From the NCBI GenBank assembly GCA_017380575.1, contig JAFODS010000001.1, positions 32,713 through 96,712 of the forward strand: a DNA stretch of 64,000 nt, in the 5' to 3' direction. Both the position numbers and the translations under genes were made by a program. Positions 62,338 to 64,000 of the stretch are shown piece after piece (within the stretch, counting starts at the first letter, position 1; every line of letters starts with the position of its first letter). The notes beneath the pieces are model-generated. The model did not search any database, was not told the origin of the DNA, and saw only the letters and a program-made list of their open reading frames with translations. Source of the DNA: Clostridia bacterium (GTDB taxonomy: Bacteria; Bacillota; Clostridia; Oscillospirales; Acutalibacteraceae).

Positions 62338-63210
62338 TTAAAAATTATCGGGGAATTCCATTGAAATTCTTCCGAGTTTACCGCCACGGTATTCGTCAAG
62401 AAGCATTACGGAAGCTCTTTCCGTATTAACTTCACCGCCCGAAATGAGCATTCCTCTTTTTCTGCCTATCATTTCAAGGATTTCCCATGACTGCAGGTCT
62501 TCAAAATCAGAAATCTTATATCTTTCAGCAAGCATTTCGGGATAACCGTCGCGAAGAGTGTCAATAAGACGTACAGCCATTGTTTCAATGTCGATAACAG
62601 CATCCTTGATTGAACCGATGAAGGCGATTTTGTCGCCGACAACGGGGTCGTCAAATTTTGGCCAGAGAACACCCGGAGTGTCAAGAAGCTCAATTCCGTT
62701 GCCGATATTGAACCACTGGTTGCTTGTTGTAACACCCGGCTTGTCCGCAACCTTTGCACGGACACGGCCTGCCATTTTGTTGATGAACGATGATTTACCC
62801 GTGTTCGGAATGCCGACAACCATTACACGAAGGGATTTGCCAACCATACCTCTTTCGTTGTTTGCCTTGATTTTATCGGCAAGAACTTTTTTAACAAGAG
62901 GGTGAAAAGCGTTGAGTCCCTTGCCCGTACGGCAGTCAACGGCAATTGCCTCGGCACCCTGTGCCTTGAAATATTTTATCCAGTCTGCAGTGATTTTTTC
63001 ATCCGCCATATCGCATTTGTTAAGAAGGATAATGCGCGGCTTTGATGCAGTAATTTCTTCGATTTCGGGGTTACGGCTTGCAAGCGGGATTCTTGCGTCA
63101 AGAATTTCTGTTACGCAATCGACCATAGAAAGACTTTCTTTGATAAGTCTGCGGGTTTTTGCCATATGACCGGGAAACCACTGTACTACCTGTTTTTGTG
63201 AATCGCTCAT
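62338..63210 (-). CDS. rbgA: Ribosome biogenesis GTPase A (YlqF/RbgA)
   Basis: Circularly permuted GTPase with DARIPLASRNP, NKCDMAD and GIPNTGKSS. Confidence 0.9.
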   Translation of the reverse strand: MSDSQKQVVQWFPGHMAKTRRLIKESLSMVDCVTEILDARIPLASRNPEIEEITASKPRIILLNKCDMADEKITADWIKYFKAQGAEAIAVDCRTGKGLNAFHPLVKKVLADKIKANNERGMVGKSLRVMVVGIPNTGKSSFINKMAGRVRAKVADKPGVTTSNQWFNIGNGIELLDTPGVLWPKFDDPVVGDKIAFIGSIKDAVIDIETMAVRLIDTLRDGYPEMLAERYKISDFEDLQSWEILEMIGRKRGMLISGGEVNTERASVMLLDEYRGGKLGRISMEFPDNF

Positions 63211-63266
63211 AATTTTCTCCTGTATTGCAAAAACGGGAGCTTGAAAATTAAGCCCCCTGCAAAGTT

Positions 63267-63842
63267 TTAGTTAAATTTTGTAAATTCGGGTGTAAGACGG
63301 AATCTGACAACACCGAGCACGTATCTTTCGTCAACACAGCCGACGAGGTCTGAACGGCTGTCCGTTGAACCGTTACGGTTATCGCCCATAAGGAAAAGCG
63401 TTCCTTCGGGGACGGTGAGGGGGAATGAAACACCCTCGGAAGTATGGGTCAGTTCCTTGATGTACGGCTCGTCAAGCTTTTTGCCGTCAACAATGACGTC
63501 GCCTGATTCGAAGTTGATATCAACCGTCTGTCCGCCCTTTGCGATAACTCTTTTAACAAGAGGCTCGTTGAAAGAGTTCGGCTGTGTGCTGATTACGATA
63601 TCGCCGACCTGAATGTTGTTGTTTATCGCGGAAACAACAAGCCAGTCACCGTGATTGAGAGTCGGTTCCATCGAGGTTCCGTCAACACCGACAAAACGTA
63701 TGACGAAAGTGAAAAGCAATGCGATAATCACAAGAGCTGTTGTGAAGATTGAAACAACGTCATAAACAAGTCCGACGGGACCGTATTTTTTCTTTTCGCT
63801 TGTATTTTCAACTGTATTTTCTACAGAGGGAAAGTTTTCCAT
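63267..63842 (-). CDS. lepB: Signal peptidase I
   Basis: VDGTSMEPTL (Ser box), VKRVIA (Lys box) and GDNRNGSTDSR. Confidence 0.9.
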   Translation of the reverse strand: MENFPSVENTVENTSEKKKYGPVGLVYDVVSIFTTALVIIALLFTFVIRFVGVDGTSMEPTLNHGDWLVVSAINNNIQVGDIVISTQPNSFNEPLVKRVIAKGGQTVDINFESGDVIVDGKKLDEPYIKELTHTSEGVSFPLTVPEGTLFLMGDNRNGSTDSRSDLVGCVDERYVLGVVRFRLTPEFTKFN

Positions 63843-63844
63843 AA

Positions 63845-64000
63845 TTATTCACCGGGATTGAAATTTTCATAAACATCGAAGCTACCCAAAGGAAGAAGCC
63901 TGAAAACAGCCTTGCCGAGGATGGTTTCTTCGTCAACGAAGCCGACGCCGCTTGTACGGCTGTCACGTGAGTTGTTGCGGTTGTCGCCAAGAACGAAAAC
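63845..64000 (-). CDS. lepB: Signal peptidase I paralogue; only the C-terminal 51 codons are in the window
   Basis: ...VFVLGDNRNNSRDSRTSGVGFVDEETILGKAVFRLLPLGSFDVYENFNPGE stop. The frame is open to the window edge. Confidence 0.75.
   Translation of the reverse strand, partial: VFVLGDNRNNSRDSRTSGVGFVDEETILGKAVFRLLPLGSFDVYENFNPGE

Overview
This 64-kb window looks like a Firmicutes chromosome, probably Clostridia (inferred from gene content only).

**AT-rich island (bases 1 to about 13.2 kb).** This stretch is visibly more AT-rich than the rest, and its left end lies outside the window. It carries:
- a secreted protein and an S8 subtilase with a leucine-rich-repeat tail;
- a complete agr-type peptide quorum-sensing locus: an AgrC-like kinase, a LytTR regulator, a 53-aa AgrD precursor that is absent from the ORF track, AgrB, two XRE regulators and a Com-like zinc-ribbon protein;
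- a recombination module: a sigma-70 region-4-like protein, a MazF/PemK domain fused to a zinc ribbon, four ORFs holding six excisionase-type HTH domains, and a 484-aa tyrosine integrase.

The island ends at a tRNA-Arg(CCU) 3' half. A second 29-bp copy of the same core sits 156 bp further right.

**Core chromosome (the remainder).**
- Envelope and cell wall: TVP38 membrane protein, CHAP/FN3 cell-wall hydrolase, S11 carboxypeptidase, a SEDS-bPBP pair.
- Metabolism and transport: BioY, EEP nuclease/phosphatase, several metallophosphoesterases, a Gfo/Idh/MocA oxidoreductase, split AcnX, thrC, galM, an Eis-like GNAT, cdd-deoC, GH43, a GH36-like enzyme, a PfkB kinase.
- Housekeeping: rnhB-yraN, tig-clpP-clpX, rbgA, tandem lepB genes.
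- A RAYT-like Y1 transposase.
- A six-gene TPR / DUF4037 nucleotidyltransferase / HD / P-loop / TetM-like GTPase / HAD operon.
- An OmpR-type response regulator, histidine kinase and HtrA unit.

**Main non-genic or unusual signals.**
- A GH43 gene has no start codon and is separated from the upstream secreted phosphoesterase only by an A9 slippery tract.
- A 2-kb AT-rich XRE / small protein / secreted nuclease cassette is bracketed by two copies of one terminator hairpin. The second copy is split by a 200-nt array of mini-hairpins.
- A 277-bp foldback element sits exactly between a stop codon and the next RBS.
- A two-copy interspersed structured repeat is present.
- Two identical GC hairpins lie inside the RAYT ORF.

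No CRISPR array, rRNA gene or intact tRNA gene was seen. All functional calls come from reading motifs in the translations. No database search was run.
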